64,000 bases of DNA from Eledone cirrhosa (Eukaryota), in assembly GCA_964016885.1 (NCBI GenBank), contig OZ024743.1, positions 255,316,001 through 255,380,000 of the forward strand. Reading direction: 5' to 3'. Of the stretch, positions 40,561 through 59,663 are shown in pieces; within the stretch, counting starts at the first letter, position 1, and each line of letters opens with the position of its first letter. The translations under genes were made by a program, and so were the position numbers. The notes under the pieces are model-generated. The model ran no database searches. It had not been told where the DNA came from and was given only the letters and a program-made list of their open reading frames with translations.

Positions 40561-41769
40561 ATATAAAGAATGAATAATAACAGGTAGACATCATAAAAAG
40601 GTAGTTTATTCCGTGTGCTTACAAGTGTTTCCACGGTGGTACCGCTATCACAACCTATCCATGGTATACCCGCTACCCACAACAAAGCATGTAACTGCCA
40701 TCTACCTGTAAGATGTCCATTGCAGAATGAATGCCTAAAGTCCAACATTGTTTACCAATGCACGGTTGAATCGGACGACCAGAAATGGTATTATATCGGA
40801 TCTACCACCACATCGTTTAAATCTCGCTGGTACCGTCATCGATTCTCAATCAAACATCAGAATCACCGTTTTGTGACCACGCTCGCCAACAAGACCTGGC
40901 AACTCCGTGAACACAACCAACAGTTCACCTTAAAATGGGATATACTTTCCAGCGCAAATGCATATCGGAGTGGTTTGAAGTACTGCAGGTTATGTAACCT
41001 TGAGCTATTTTACATACTAAAATCCGAAAACAAACTACTTAACGATAGAATTGAACGATCATTATACTGCAACCACAAACTAAAAGCTAAATTCTCTCAC
41101 TATAAAATAACTTAACATTCGAACCCGTAACTACAACACCACTTTCTAGCTAACAACCTTCTCTTCTCCCCCACACTACAAGACAATACACTGCTTATCA
41201 CTATACATGGTAACTCAGTACAATTCCTAGATTACTACTACAAAACCAAAAGTTCACTCACCACATATACTTTATCTGTCCCCTCTCTACCTATATATCT
41301 CTCTCTACATCCATTACACTCTCACTCTCTCTCACCTTTGACCTACCTCCCTCTCAACATCTATGAACTTGACCTCTGGGGCAATAAATAATTCCGACCT
41401 CAACTATCTACGCATCTCTCCAAAAGTAACTAATAAAACCCCTACCATAACATTTTGATTAAGATATCTACAAGCCACTCTCTCCTACTTCTCCAACCCC
41501 TGCATATCTTTCCTTCTCTCTCCATCTTCCTTACTTTTCTCTCTTCCTGTTCCACTCTATCTTCCCCAACAACCCCACTTAAGGGTTTTTACATTGTATA
41601 TTTACCATTCTGCTCTGAGGAAACAGTGGTCACAGCATTGGATATTCGAGTTCTGCAAATACTTGTGAATTTGCACGTAGCGGAACTAGGCTGCAGTACC
41701 ACCGTGGAAACACTTGTAAGCACACGGAATAAACTACCTTTTTATGATGTCTACCTGTTATTATTCATT

Positions 41770-41775
<6 letters not shown>
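40561..41775 (+). mobile_element. 5'-truncated Penelope-like element with inverted pLTR fragment
   Basis: ORF 40615-41115: CNC..CPLQNECLKSNIVYQC..YIGSTTTSFKSRWYRH..CRLCNLE..LLN (GIY-YIG). 40561-40642 is the reverse complement of the 3' end 41696-41777. Hammerhead at 41611. Confidence 0.92.
41611..41722 (+). ncRNA. Hammerhead ribozyme motif with extended stem II
   Basis: UGCU-CUGAGGA-(85-nt insert closed by ACAGUGGU/ACCACCGU)-GAAA-CACUUGUA-AGCA. Confidence 0.7.
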
Positions 41776-42173
<398 letters not shown>

Positions 42174-42239
42174 TGATGAATATGAGAATGAGCACTCAAT
42201 ACTAGGGTAACCAGGCTCATCACTGACACACAATGAACA

Positions 42240-42430
42240 TTCGTGGATTGCCAGTATCAGTAGAGTGTCGGACACTATGCTTTGCGTCATAGTTACATCC
42301 CTTTACGGACTGTGTTCAAATCCCGCCGAGGTTAACTTTGCTTTTCATCCTTATGGGGTCGATAAAATAAAGTACCAGTAATGCACTGGGCATTTTCTGG
42401 CCTTTTGTAAACAGTAGAAAGAATTATTAA
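42240..42430 (+). mobile_element. SINE (Nin-domain-like)
   Basis: GTTCAAATCCCGCCGAGGTTAACTTTGCTTTTCATCCTTATGGGGTCGATAAAATAAAGTACCAG. Confidence 0.7.
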
Positions 42431-42650
42431 TCACTATTTCAGACTCATTCTCATGCTTGTCAACATCATACACATATAGAGACAGTTTGTCTAACCCATG
42501 CTAGTGTAGAAAATGTTCGTTTAAGGGTGAAGATCATGACCAACTGAATACACATGTGATTTTTTATTCTCTCAAAACTTTTTTCTCATTTTCCCCATTC
42601 CTTCCTCTCGTCACGCTTTACTTTCTATTTATCTTCTATTTCTAACTCTA

Positions 42651-42686
42651 TCTTCTGATGAAGGACAAGTGTCCAAAACGTTAAGA
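42651..42686 (+). ncRNA. Minimal hammerhead motif with a core mutation (GAAA to AAAA)
   Basis: UCUU-CUGAUGA-aGGAC aagu GUCC-AAAA-CGUU-AAGA; palindromic AACGUU at helix III. Confidence 0.55.
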
Positions 42687-42770
42687 ATCTCTTCCTACTA
42701 TTTCAAGCATTAAACTAATATATTTGTTTCATGAACTGTCCCGTTTGTTTTGTTATTTCTGTATACCATT

Positions 42771-42988
<218 letters not shown>

Positions 42989-43846
42989 ATAGATTCAGAC
43001 ATTACAAATTTCTGAGTTAAATATACTTCCTATAAGATGGAATATGGAATGGCTGCTAAACACCTGTGCTAAACAACTAAAATTTAAAAATTTTAAGACA
43101 AAAACAAAAAAAAAAACAAATATGTAAACGAATAACAGTACTTGGCTGGTAGATATTCTAACATCCAAAATTGAAAGCTTAAAAACAAAATCTCCACATC
43201 TTCAATATTTTGTTCTGCAAGTGTGCCAAAATAAGAAAGGAAAAAAAGAGAGTTACCAGATAATGCCAAGATGAACCCATCCAAACCCTGACACAAAAAT
43301 ATATTCCTACAGAATCTTAATACAAGGATCAAACTTGACAGTTGAATTACACTATGTTCTTGGCAGAATTCTGTTTCTATATGTTGTTGCTGTTGATGTA
43401 ATTCAGTCTTTATTAAAACACTAATATTTATCAGACCACTGATAATTAATAGTTACCCTGGTAACAAATATAGAATCATCTGGCCCTTAATTATTGTTGG
43501 CAGATTTATTTCAGGGCAGGGCAAATCATATTTTTTCCTCATTTATTTAGTTAGTTTCTGTTTCTTTATTGAACATTTATATATTTGTTATTTGTCTATC
43601 TATCTGTCTGTCTCACTATCTGTTTCTCTATCTGTCTTGTTAAACTATTTCTATTTATCTGTGTCTACCCTTATATTTATTATATTATAATCATCAAGAT
43701 TATCATTTTCATTATCCTCATTGGTTGAAGTCTCTTTTCCATGCTGGCATACGTTAGATAAGAAATTACAATCCTAGCCAAGATGGATAAACAAGGATAA
43801 ACAAAGCTCTCTCTCTCTCTCTCTCTCTCTCTTATATATATATATA

Positions 43847-44712
43847 CGAGGGCAATCCCAAAAGTAAGGTCTCCAAGGCGATGGGGACGCAGAGAAACTG
43901 TTCGTACGGCTGTTGAAAACACTGTTGTGATTGATGCTTCCTTCACTCCCAAACAAGCATGTGTGTGCTTCGCTGGGATGCTCAATCTTGGCAGCTGTTG
44001 AGAATGGAGCTTCCATTGAACGTTACCGCCAAGTGCGAAGTTCGCGCAGTTATTCGGTTTTTGAACACAAAAGGCGTTGAACCGATTGAAATTCATCGCC
44101 AATTGACGGAAGTGCATGAATGTCAAAAACGTTCGCAAGTGTTGTAGAGAGTTTACAGCCGGTCGGACTGAAATTCACGACGAACAAAGGAGCGGGAGAC
44201 CATCAATTTCTGATGAGACAGTCGCAATTTTTCCGTTAAAATCCTGTGGATGGTGCTTCGGGAAACCTCAGGAACCAAAATGCAGAGAGCATCCAGAGTG
44301 ATCCGCCGATCTTTACGCATGTTTTCCTCAACCTTTGCGACTGTCTCGTCGGAAATTGACGGTCTCCTGCTCCTTTGCTCGTCATGAATTTCAGTACGAC
44401 CGGCTGTAAACTCTCTACACTACTTGCGAACGTTTTTGGCATCCATGCACGACTGTCCATACACTTCCGTCAATTGGCGATGTACTTCAATCGGTTCAAC
44501 GCCTTTTGCGTTGAAAAACCAAATAACTGCGCGAACTTCGCACTTGGCGGTAGTGTTCAACGGGAGCACCATTCTCAACGGCTGCCAAGCCAAGATTGAG
44601 CATCCCATGGGAGTGAAGGAAGCACCAATCACAACAGTGTTGCCAACAGCCGTACGAACAGTTTCTCTGCGTCCCCATCGCTTTGGAGACCTTACTTTTG
44701 GGATTGCCCTCG
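43847..44712. mobile_element. Palindromic mariner derivative (two 5' ends joined in inverted orientation)
   Basis: TA|CGAGGGCAATCCCAAAAGTAAGG...CCTTACTTTTGGGATTGCCCTCG|TA. Both arms encode the transposase start EVRAVI.F.N.KGVEPIE.HRQL..RSGRPS. Left arm 43847-44226, right arm 44227-44712. Confidence 0.92.
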
Positions 44713-46039
44713 TATAATAAACAAGTAAGACAGTTACGTTAGGTCATCCCTATTTATTTTCTTATATGTATTTCGAAGACATAAGGCTTTTGCATAACAT
44801 CTGCCAACGTGTTCTCTTCAGCTAAAATCCACAGGAGATGCAAATATCCGTTGATATGCAAGCAGTTACACGAGTTATTTACTTCAGCGACTGGCCAGCA
44901 TATGCCTAAAAAAGACTTCAAGCAGTAGATCATGTATGAGTGTGAGATATATTTTACAGTTGGCGTTGCTGTATTTGAACTGGCTAGGGTATCAGAGTTA
45001 TCTTGTGGGCTGTTGCTATGTACTGCCCCTGTGCAAACCTATATATAAATATATGCCTGTGTGGGTATAAGGCATTGAATTGGCCAAGTCACTAAAGCCC
45101 TAGATTAAATGTTTCACAATATTTCTCCTGTACTCTGAGCTCACAGTTCAAATCCTGGCAGTGTCTACTTTGCTATTGTCCTTTCAGGGTTGACAAATAA
45201 AGTAAGAGATTATGCCAGTGGTTTAGCAGAATTGTCTAACATTGATGCTTTGCTGTAGCTCTTTCGGCACTTTGTGTTTTGACTTCATCTCTGACATCCA
45301 TGGGGCCAAGCTGTATTCTTGCTTGCCTTTCCCAAAGATATTGATGGAATGGAAAAGGAGGATGTGCATGCATAGGTAACTGTTGATCTTTTACAACTTT
45401 CCAAGTACACCTGGATGCTTATGAGTCATATGAATTTCTCGGAATTCATGGAAATATGTAAGAGAAGAACAATTAGGGTATGCTTACAAAATAAATTTGG
45501 CTGCTATTTCTAAGAGATCTTGCCTACCCTGTTGATTCATACATATCTACACATATACATAAAAGTGTAGGGTGTGATTTTAAAATGTTTTGGCTGGTGT
45601 TTCTAACAAGTTTAGGCTACCATATAGAAGTTTCCATGTTGGTTGATACAAATATATAGACACATGTGGTTTGAATGATATTAGCTGCTATTTCTAGCAT
45701 GACTAGCAACATTTTATAGATTTGATGTTGAAGTTGTTGATATTCTTGTCCTATTTAAGTTGATAGATAATCTTGCTATTGCTGTTGCTGCTGGTGCTAG
45801 TAGTGGCTGTGATGGCAGTGGTGACAGTGGCGGTGGAGGTGGTGGTGCTGATGGCAGCAATGTTCATGGCGATGGCAGTTGGGGTGGCGGTGCATATACG
45901 ATGCTTGGTGGTGTCAGCAACACTGATGGTATTGGAGATTAATAGTGTCATAAATATGGCTATCGTTGAGAAGGTGTCAATAAAAAGACAGCAATGAGGA
46001 AGATGACTTCATCTAAAACACTTACAGATATCACAGTGC

Positions 46040-46943
<904 letters not shown>

Positions 46944-49900
46944 ATAACTTTGAATAACTTTGAAATGTTTTGGCCAGTATTGGCCCAGGCCATGTCTAAC
47001 TTAATAGCACCACCTGGCGAAGTCTTTCAATTCAGGATTTGGGCACCATGGCCCATTCGAGAAGAGAATTACTGTTTGCGGAGACATATCCGGGTGTGGG
47101 TGGTTTGTCCGGGATTACTTGGAGGAATTTGTCCAAAGACTTCTTGAATTTTGTGTGGTCAGTTTCTGTTTTGACGTGTCCTGGTGTGATGTTGAAGAGA
47201 GCAGGGCCGATTGAGGTGAAATAATTGTGCCGTATTGTTGTTATGAGTTGCGATTTAGATTTTTGAATGGGACGGATAGCACGGGGCCCAAGCCTTGGGT
47301 GTATCTTGAAGGCGATGCCAACATCATTTGGGCAGTGATGATGGAACATTTTCCACATCATGCAGATAATATAACGCTCACGGCGACGTTGGAGTGAGTA
47401 AAGTTTCAGGTTTTCCAATCGACCCCAGTAGTCAAGGTCTGACATGCCATCTATCTTTTTCGTGATTGCCCTTTGAGGAGCTTCAAGTTTCATGATACTT
47501 TGTTTCGTGTGGGGAGACCACAGTGGACAACAGTATTCAAGGTGTGGTCGGGCGAAAGTAGAGAAGAGAAGGATAATGGTGCGGGAATCTCTCGACTGGA
47601 AGGTTCTGAGGATCCAGGAACACATTCTGCGGGCCATGTCAACTTTGCTGCTTATATGCGTGGTCCAGCTTATGTTGCTGTCCACGGTTACTCCCAAGTC
47701 TCTGATGTTGTTAGATGCCACGAGAGTTTCCCCGGAGGGAAGGGAGTACGGGAGTTTCAGAGCATCCTCTTTTCCAAAGTGGATCAGTTCGAATTTGTCT
47801 TCGTTCAGTAACATGTTGTTCTTTTCTGCCCATTGGGTAACAGCCAGTAGGTCTGACTGAAGGCTTATCCGGTCATCCACGCCATTGATGACCTTTTGGA
47901 GCTTGGAATCATCAGCGAAAATTTTAATGTTGCTGTGTTTGATGATGTCAGTGATGTCATTAATATAGATGATGAAGAGAAGTGGGCCAACACAGTGCCT
48001 TGTGGGACTCCACTACTGACTTGGCTGGGCTTGATTTGACTCCCTCAACTACAACATGTTGGGTTCTGTTTGACAGGAAGCTCTTGATCCACTGCAGCAG
48101 CTTTCCAGTGACACCAATATTGGACAGCTTTCTCAGTAGAATGTTATGATCAACCCTGTCAAAGGCCTTGCTGAAATCAAGGTAGATAACATCAGTGTTG
48201 GAACCCTCTCCCAAGGCTCTCAAAATGTCATCAAAGTGATGCAGTAGTTGCGTCAGGCAATCCCTTCCATTACGGAATCCATGCTGGTTGGAGTTCAGCA
48301 TATTGTTACTCTCAAGGAAGTGGGTCATTCGCGATCTCACCACTCGCTCAAATACCTTAATGATATGAGAGGTGAGTGAGATTGGACGGTAATTCACGGC
48401 AAGGGATCTGTTTCCCTTTTTGAAAACTGGGACAACAGACTGGGATAGAAGGTTTTCTGGCACATATCCAGCATCCAGTGAGTTCCGCCACAGATTGGCA
48501 AGAGGAGAAGCAAGTTGGTGTTGACACGCCTTCAAGACACAAGCAGGGAACCTATCGGGACTACTGCTGAATTATGCTTGATTTCCTTTATTGCCGCCAA
48601 GACATCAGGGGCGCCAAACGTTATGTCCGATAAGGTGTAATGGGGAGTAACATCGCCGATACAGCCCAGATCGGCCATATCAGGATTGCTGAAAACAGAG
48701 CAGTATTGTTTCTGCAGTATCTCACCCATGGTTTTAGCATTGTCTTGAAGAGTGCCATTTTCATCAATTAGAGGGCCAACAGTAGAGCCAGTGATTTGTG
48801 TTTTTTTTGCAAATGAAAAGAACACTTTGGGATTGAGTTTGATCTTCTCAATGGCCCAGGCCTCTTCAGCTCTTCTCTGATTGTTGATGAGGGACATTAT
48901 GTTGTTTTGGAGGTTATGTTTTTTAATCTCTAGTGATGAAATGGCAGTCAAGTTGATGTGTTGCTGCTGACAGTATTTCAGATTGTTGATTTTTTTGTTC
49001 GTTCTCTTAATTTTTCTGATGAGCGTTTTTCTATTTCTAGGGATTCTGCTCTTAGATTTGTTTATAGTTCTTAATGGGGTGTGTTTAGCACATATGTTTG
49101 TAACAGTGTCCACAAATGTCTGCCAGGACTTTTTGATGTTAGTGGGTGTATGAGTGTGCGTGAAGGACCAGTCGACATGTGCAAGATCATGACTGATCGC
49201 TTCCAGTTTGCATTGTGGAAATCCATAGCGTCAAACGGATGGACAGGAGAAATGACATTGGGTTTGTATATTGGACGGTGGAATCTCAGATCACAGAGAA
49301 CCATGTCATGATCAGAGAGTAGAGTTTTCTCCACTGCAATATTGTGGATATTGTCAGTGTGATTGCTGAAAATTAAGTCTAGGACGTTTTTGTGGCACCT
49401 CGTTGGTTCGAGCACTAGTTGGGATAGGAAGAAATCATCCATGAAGTCAAGAAGCGATTCCACAGCTTCCCTGTCAGAGGTTGAGGCAGAAGAACCTGGT
49501 GGCAGGGTGTTTGTGGACCAGTCAACTCCGGGGAGGTTGAAGTCCCCCATCATTAAGATGTTGTCAGGGTGACACTCTTGGATGAAACACTTTATGCTGT
49601 TGAGGCATTCCTTGAAGCATGGTACAGGCGTTTGGGGTGGCCTATAGAGCCCAACTACTAATAGGTTGTTGGTTTGACTGAATACAGTGACTGCCTCACA
49701 GTATCCATTAGTGAATATGTTCATAGCCTCTGTTGAGAAAGAATTATGGACATAAATGGCAGTTCCGCCCTTTCTTCTGCCAGCGCGATCAGCACGGATG
49801 GCTTTGAAATTTTTCACTTTCACCTCGGCTTCCAAGTGGAGGTTACTGAGATGGGTTTCAGTGAGGACGAAGAAAGGGATGTGGTTTGGATGGACATCAA

Positions 49901-50132
49901 TCCAGTCCTCCAGGAATTTGATCTTCCATTTTTGAGTATTGGTGGAAGGGCTGATGCCTTGGGCGTTAAGCAAAAATGTAGAGGCGAGAGTGGATGGTTT
50001 TAATTGTTTTGGTGTGTTGTTAATTTGTTTGTTTGTTAATGGCAGCAATGGAGTTTGTGCAGTGGGGTGATAGTGGAGGGTGGTGCTGGGTGATAGCTCG
50101 AATGTTTTTTTCCAGTTCTTTTGCCAGATTCA
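46944..50132 (-). mobile_element. CR1-group LINE, copy 1 (near-complete ORF2: APE + RT, few frameshifts)
   Basis: LLNAQG, LTETHL, GGTAIYV, GLYRPP, MGDFNLP, LDLIF, SDH; NYRPISLTS, QHGFR, YLDFSKAFD, FADD, LYSLQRRRER; 3' tail (AAAGTTATTC)n. Confidence 0.95.
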
Positions 50133-50162
50133 TGTATGTATATATATGTATATGTATATATG

Positions 50163-50193
<31 letters not shown>

Positions 50194-50223
50194 GTATATA
50201 TATATGTATATATATATATATAT

Positions 50224-50884
50224 ATCATCATCATCAGCGTTTAACGTCCGTGTTCCACGCTTGCATGGGTTTGGACGGGGGTAGTCCCACTTGAGGCAAG
50301 AGTGATTGTCTTGCTCGCATAGGACTGTCTGGCAGGTTTTCTACAGTTGCATGCCCTTCCTAACACCAACCACATTTACAGTGTGGGTCTGGGAGGTTTT
50401 TACCGTGTTGCCTACACGGCCACATTACAGCGTGGACATGTGTGTTTTTTTGTCGTGACACCTACACGATCTCATTTGTTTCGGCCTCGATGGCGCGGCA
50501 CCAACATAACTTTACATAGAACGGGGTGGTGTGGATCGGGTGGGGGTGGTGGGACGGGGTGTATTTGTTAGAGATGCCTACTAGCTGGAGTAGGTTTTAC
50601 TATATATTTAGGTAAGGCGGGTCTTCTCTGTTACTGAGTACCGCCAAAGGTCTCGGTCCAGTGACATTGTCTTGGAGAGGTGTAAGTGTTGATGTCGGAG
50701 TTTATCAGCTCGTCCCAGGTTTTTCTAGGTCTGCTATTCCGTGACTACCGTCTATCTTTATTGCCCTGCACTTTGTTATACAGCTATCGACTTTCATGCG
50801 CATCACGTGTCCATACCAACGTAGCCTTCTCTCGAGTAAACAACATCTGATCCCTCTTATCTCTAATTTATTCCTTAGTTCGTT
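50224..50884 (-). mobile_element. RTE LINE 3' fragment (same family as 19413-21199)
   Basis: [27 protein letters not shown] plus a matching 3' UTR and (GAT)n tail. Confidence 0.93.
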
Positions 50885-50899
50885 TTGTATATATATATG

Positions 50900-50930
<31 letters not shown>

Positions 50931-50933
50931 GTA

Positions 50934-50964
<31 letters not shown>

Positions 50965-50967
50965 ATA

Positions 50968-51012
<45 letters not shown>

Positions 51013-51073
51013 GTATATATATATGTATATATATATGTATATATATATGTATATATGTATATATGTATATATG

Positions 51074-51109
<36 letters not shown>

Positions 51110-51119
51110 TGTATATCTG

Positions 51120-51160
<41 letters not shown>

Positions 51161-51190
51161 GTATATCTGTATATATATATATGTATATAT

Positions 51191-53867
51191 ATCCAAGAGT
51201 GTCACCCTGAGTGTCATCCAAGAGTGTCACCCTGACAACATCTTAATGATGGGGACTTCAACCTCCCCGGAGTTGACTGGTCCACAAACACCCTGCCACC
51301 AGGTTCTTCTGCCTCAACCTCTGACATGGAAGCTGTGGAATCGCTTCTTGACTTCATGGATGATTTCTTCCTATCCCAACTAGTGCTCGAACCAACGAGG
51401 TGCCACAAAAACGTCCTAGACTTAATTTTCAGCAATCACACTGACAATATCCACAATATTGCAGTGGAGAAAACTCTACTCTCTGATCATGACATGGTTC
51501 TCTGTGATCTGAGATTCCACCGTACAATATACAAACCCAATGTCATTTCTCCTGTCCATCCGTTTGAACGCTATGGATTTCCACAATGCAAACTGGGAAG
51601 CGATCAGTCATGATCTTGCACATGTCGACTGGTCCTTCACGCACACTCATACACCCACTAACATCAAAAAGTCCTGGCAGACATTTGTGGACACTGTTAC
51701 AAACATATGTGCTAAACACACCCCATTAAGAACTATAAACAAATCTAAGAGCAGAATCCCTAGAAATAGAAAAACGCTCATCAGAAAAATTAAGAGAACG
51801 AACAAAAAAATCAACAATCTGAAATACTGTCAGCAGCAACACATCAACTTGACTGCCATTTCATCACTAGAGATTAAAAAACATAACCTCCAAAACAACA
51901 TAATGTCCCTCATCAACAATCAGAGAAGAGCTGAAGAGGCCTGGGCCATTGAGAAGATCAAACTCAATCCCAAAGTGTTCTTTTCATTTGCAAAAAAATA
52001 CAAAATCACTGGCTCTACTGTTGGCCCTCTAATTGATGAAAATGGCACTCTTCAAGACAATGCTAAAACCATGGGTGAGATACTGCAGAAACAATACTGC
52101 TCTGTTTTCAGCAATCCTGATATGGCCGATCTGGGCTGTATCGGCGATGTTACTCCCCATTACACCTTATCGGACATAACGTTTGGCGCCCCTGATGTCT
52201 TGGCGGCAATAAAGGAAATCAAGCATAATTCAGCAGTAGGTCCCGATAGGTTCCCTGCTTGTGTCCTGAAGGCGTGTCAACACCAACTTGCTTCTCCTCT
52301 TGCCAATCTGTGGCGGAACTCACTGGATGCTGGATATGTGCCAGAAAACCTTCTATCCCAGTCTGTTGTCCCAGTTTTCAAAAAGGGAAACAAATCCCTT
52401 GCCGTGAATTACCGTCCAATCTCACTCACCTCTCATATCATTAAGGTATTTGAGCGAGTGGTGAGATCGCGAATGACCCACTTCCTTGAGAGTAACAATA
52501 TGCTGAACTCCAACCAGCATGGATTCCGTAATGGAAGGGATTGCCTGACGCAACTACTGCATCACTTTGATGACATTTTGAGAGCCTTGGGAGAGGGTTC
52601 CAACACTGATGTTATCTACCTTGATTTCAGCAAGGCCTTTGACAGGTTGATCATAACATTCTACTGAGAAAGCTGTCCAATATTGGTGTCACTGGAAAGC
52701 TGCTGCAGTGGATCAAGAGCTTCCTGTCAAACAGAACCCAACATGTTGTAGTTGAGGGAGTCAAATCAAGCCCAGCCAAAGTCAGTAGTGGAGTCCCACA
52801 AGGCACTGTGTTGGGCCCACTTCTCTTCATCATCTATATTAATGACATCACTGACATCATCAAACACAGCAACATTAAAATTTTCGCTGATGATTCCAAG
52901 CTCCAAAAGGTCATCAATGGCGTGGATGACCGGATAAGCCTTCAGTCAGACCTACTGGCTGTTACCCAATGGGCAGAAAAGAACAACATGTTACTGAACG
53001 AAGACAAATTCGAACTGATCCACTTTGGAAAAGAGGATGCTCTGAAACTCCCGTACTCCCTTCCCTCCGGGGAAACTCTCGTGGCATCTAACAACATCAG
53101 AGACTTGGGAGTAACCGTGGACAGCAACATAAGCTGGACCACGCATATAAGCAGCAAAGTTGACATGGCCCGCAGAATGTGTTCCTGGATCCTCAGAACC
53201 TTCCAGTCGAGAGATTCCCGCACCATTATCCTTCTCTTCTCTACTTTCGCCCGACCACACCTTGAATACTGTTGTCCACTGTGGTCTCCCCACACGAAAC
53301 AAAGTATCATGAAACTTGAAGCTCCTCAAAGGGCAATCACGAAAAAGATAGATGGCATGTCAGACCTTGACTACTGGGGTCGATTGGAAAACCTGAAACT
53401 TTACTCACTCCAACGTCGCCGTGAGCGTTATATTATCTGCATGATGTGGAAAATGTTCCATCATCACTGCCCAAATGATGTTGGCATCGCCTTTAAGATA
53501 CACCCAAGGCTTGGGCCCCGTGCTATCCGTCCCATTCAAAAATCTAAATCGCAACTCATAACAACAATACGGCACAATTATTTCACCTCAATCGGCCCTG
53601 CTCTCTTCAACATCACACCAGGACACGTCAAAACAGAAACTGACCACACAAAATTCAAGAAGTCTTTGGACAAATTCCTCCAAGTAATCCCGGACAAACC
53701 ACCCACACCCGGATATGTCTCCGCAAACAGTAATTCTCTTCTCGAATGGGCCATGGTGCCCAAATCCTGAATTGAAAGACTTCGCCAGGTGGTGCTATTA
53801 AGTTAGACATGGCCTGGGCCAATACTGGCCAAAACATTTCAAAGTTATTCAAAGTTATTCAAAGTTA

Positions 53868-53868
<1 letters not shown>
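51191..53868 (+). mobile_element. CR1-group LINE, copy 2 (5'-truncated within APE)
   Basis: Near-identical to copy 1 in the opposite orientation; ORFs 51326-51613, 51540-52667 and 52808-53770; tail AAAGTTATTC x2.8. Confidence 0.95.
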
Positions 53869-57243
<3,375 letters not shown>

Positions 57244-57289
57244 AAAAGTTAAATATAAGTCAATTGATTAAAATTTAGCTTCGTTTATT

Positions 57290-57344
57290 ACTGCTATATA
57301 TATTTCAGTGACAGCCATCTTTGGCTGTGACCTCTTCAGGCAGT
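57290..57344 (-). ncRNA. Hammerhead ribozyme motif (PLE-terminus-like)
   Basis: Minus strand: ACUGC-CUGAAGA-ggucACAGCCA aaga UGGCUGUcacu-GAAA-UAUAUAUA-GCAGU. Confidence 0.75.
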
Positions 57345-58162
57345 TTGAATTAGTATGGTATAGACAAGTACATATGTTGTTTAGGTGCATGATATTGTCA
57401 ATACTCTGATATGCCCAGTTCCTTGCTGGGTTGTTAATTCACTGGGGAACTGAGTCATATGAATTCAAACAAACGAATTTTCGTGTCATAGGTCCCCTTC
57501 TCCTCTCATTGGTCAGTTATTAGTGTTGTCATTGTTGGAGTTGGCTTAAAAATTGATAAAATTGTAGAAGGGACAAGGTGTTGAAGGAACAAAATATCAA
57601 AAAATGTGTCAAACTTCCCATTGTTCAGTTCTGAGAGCATTCCTCAGTCAGAAGTCTATAGAATTCTTTCTGGGTGAGGCTCCCTGTAGTGTTTATGCCT
57701 GCTATTGTTCAGTACATTTGACCTCCACCATTATTTTGGTACTGTTGTTGTTGTAGTGGTCAGCTTATACCTTGCTGCTGCTAACAATTTAGAAGTATTC
57801 AGTTTGTGTTTTCTCTTCATCCCACCGCCACCATCGTAGTGGTGGTGGCGGGGGGGGGGGGGTTATTTCATGTATATGAAGAAATATAAGGCAATAAATG
57901 AAGAAAACAGAAGATAAATAAATAATATAATAAAATAAAATAATTAATATAATTTGTGTAATTTGAAAATAAATAAATAAATAAATAAATAGAGAATAAA
58001 GAATAAAGAGTAAATGAGAGATTGGTGAAAAAGTAATGATAATGTATATGGAGAAGTGAGAAATAATGTAGGATAAAGTGTGTGTGTGTGTGTGCTATAA
58101 CCAATCTCAAGGTCAGAATATGTTGGATATATGTATATATATATATGTATATATATATATAT

Positions 58163-58299
<137 letters not shown>

Positions 58300-58316
58300 A
58301 TATTTGTATATATGTA

Positions 58317-58351
<35 letters not shown>

Positions 58352-58421
58352 GTATATATATATGTATATATACATATATATATGTATATATATACATATA
58401 TACATATATACATGTATACAT

Positions 58422-59210
<789 letters not shown>

Positions 59211-59220
59211 GTATTATATA

Positions 59221-59343
<123 letters not shown>

Positions 59344-59570
59344 GTATATATATATATGTATATATATATATGTATATATATATATGTATATATATATATG
59401 TATATATATATATGTATATATATATATGTATATATATATATGTATATATATATATGTATATATATATATGTATATATATATATATGTATACATGTATATA
59501 TGTATATATGTATATATATATATATGTATATATATATGTATATGTATATATATATATATGTATATATATG

Positions 59571-59617
<47 letters not shown>

Positions 59618-59622
59618 GTATA

Positions 59623-59659
<37 letters not shown>

Positions 59660-59663
<4 letters not shown>

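Noticed and set aside
45751-45997. Gly/Val/Thr-rich ORFs
   Set aside because: Low-complexity (GGT/GCT/GAT) trinucleotide drift with no splice or homology support.
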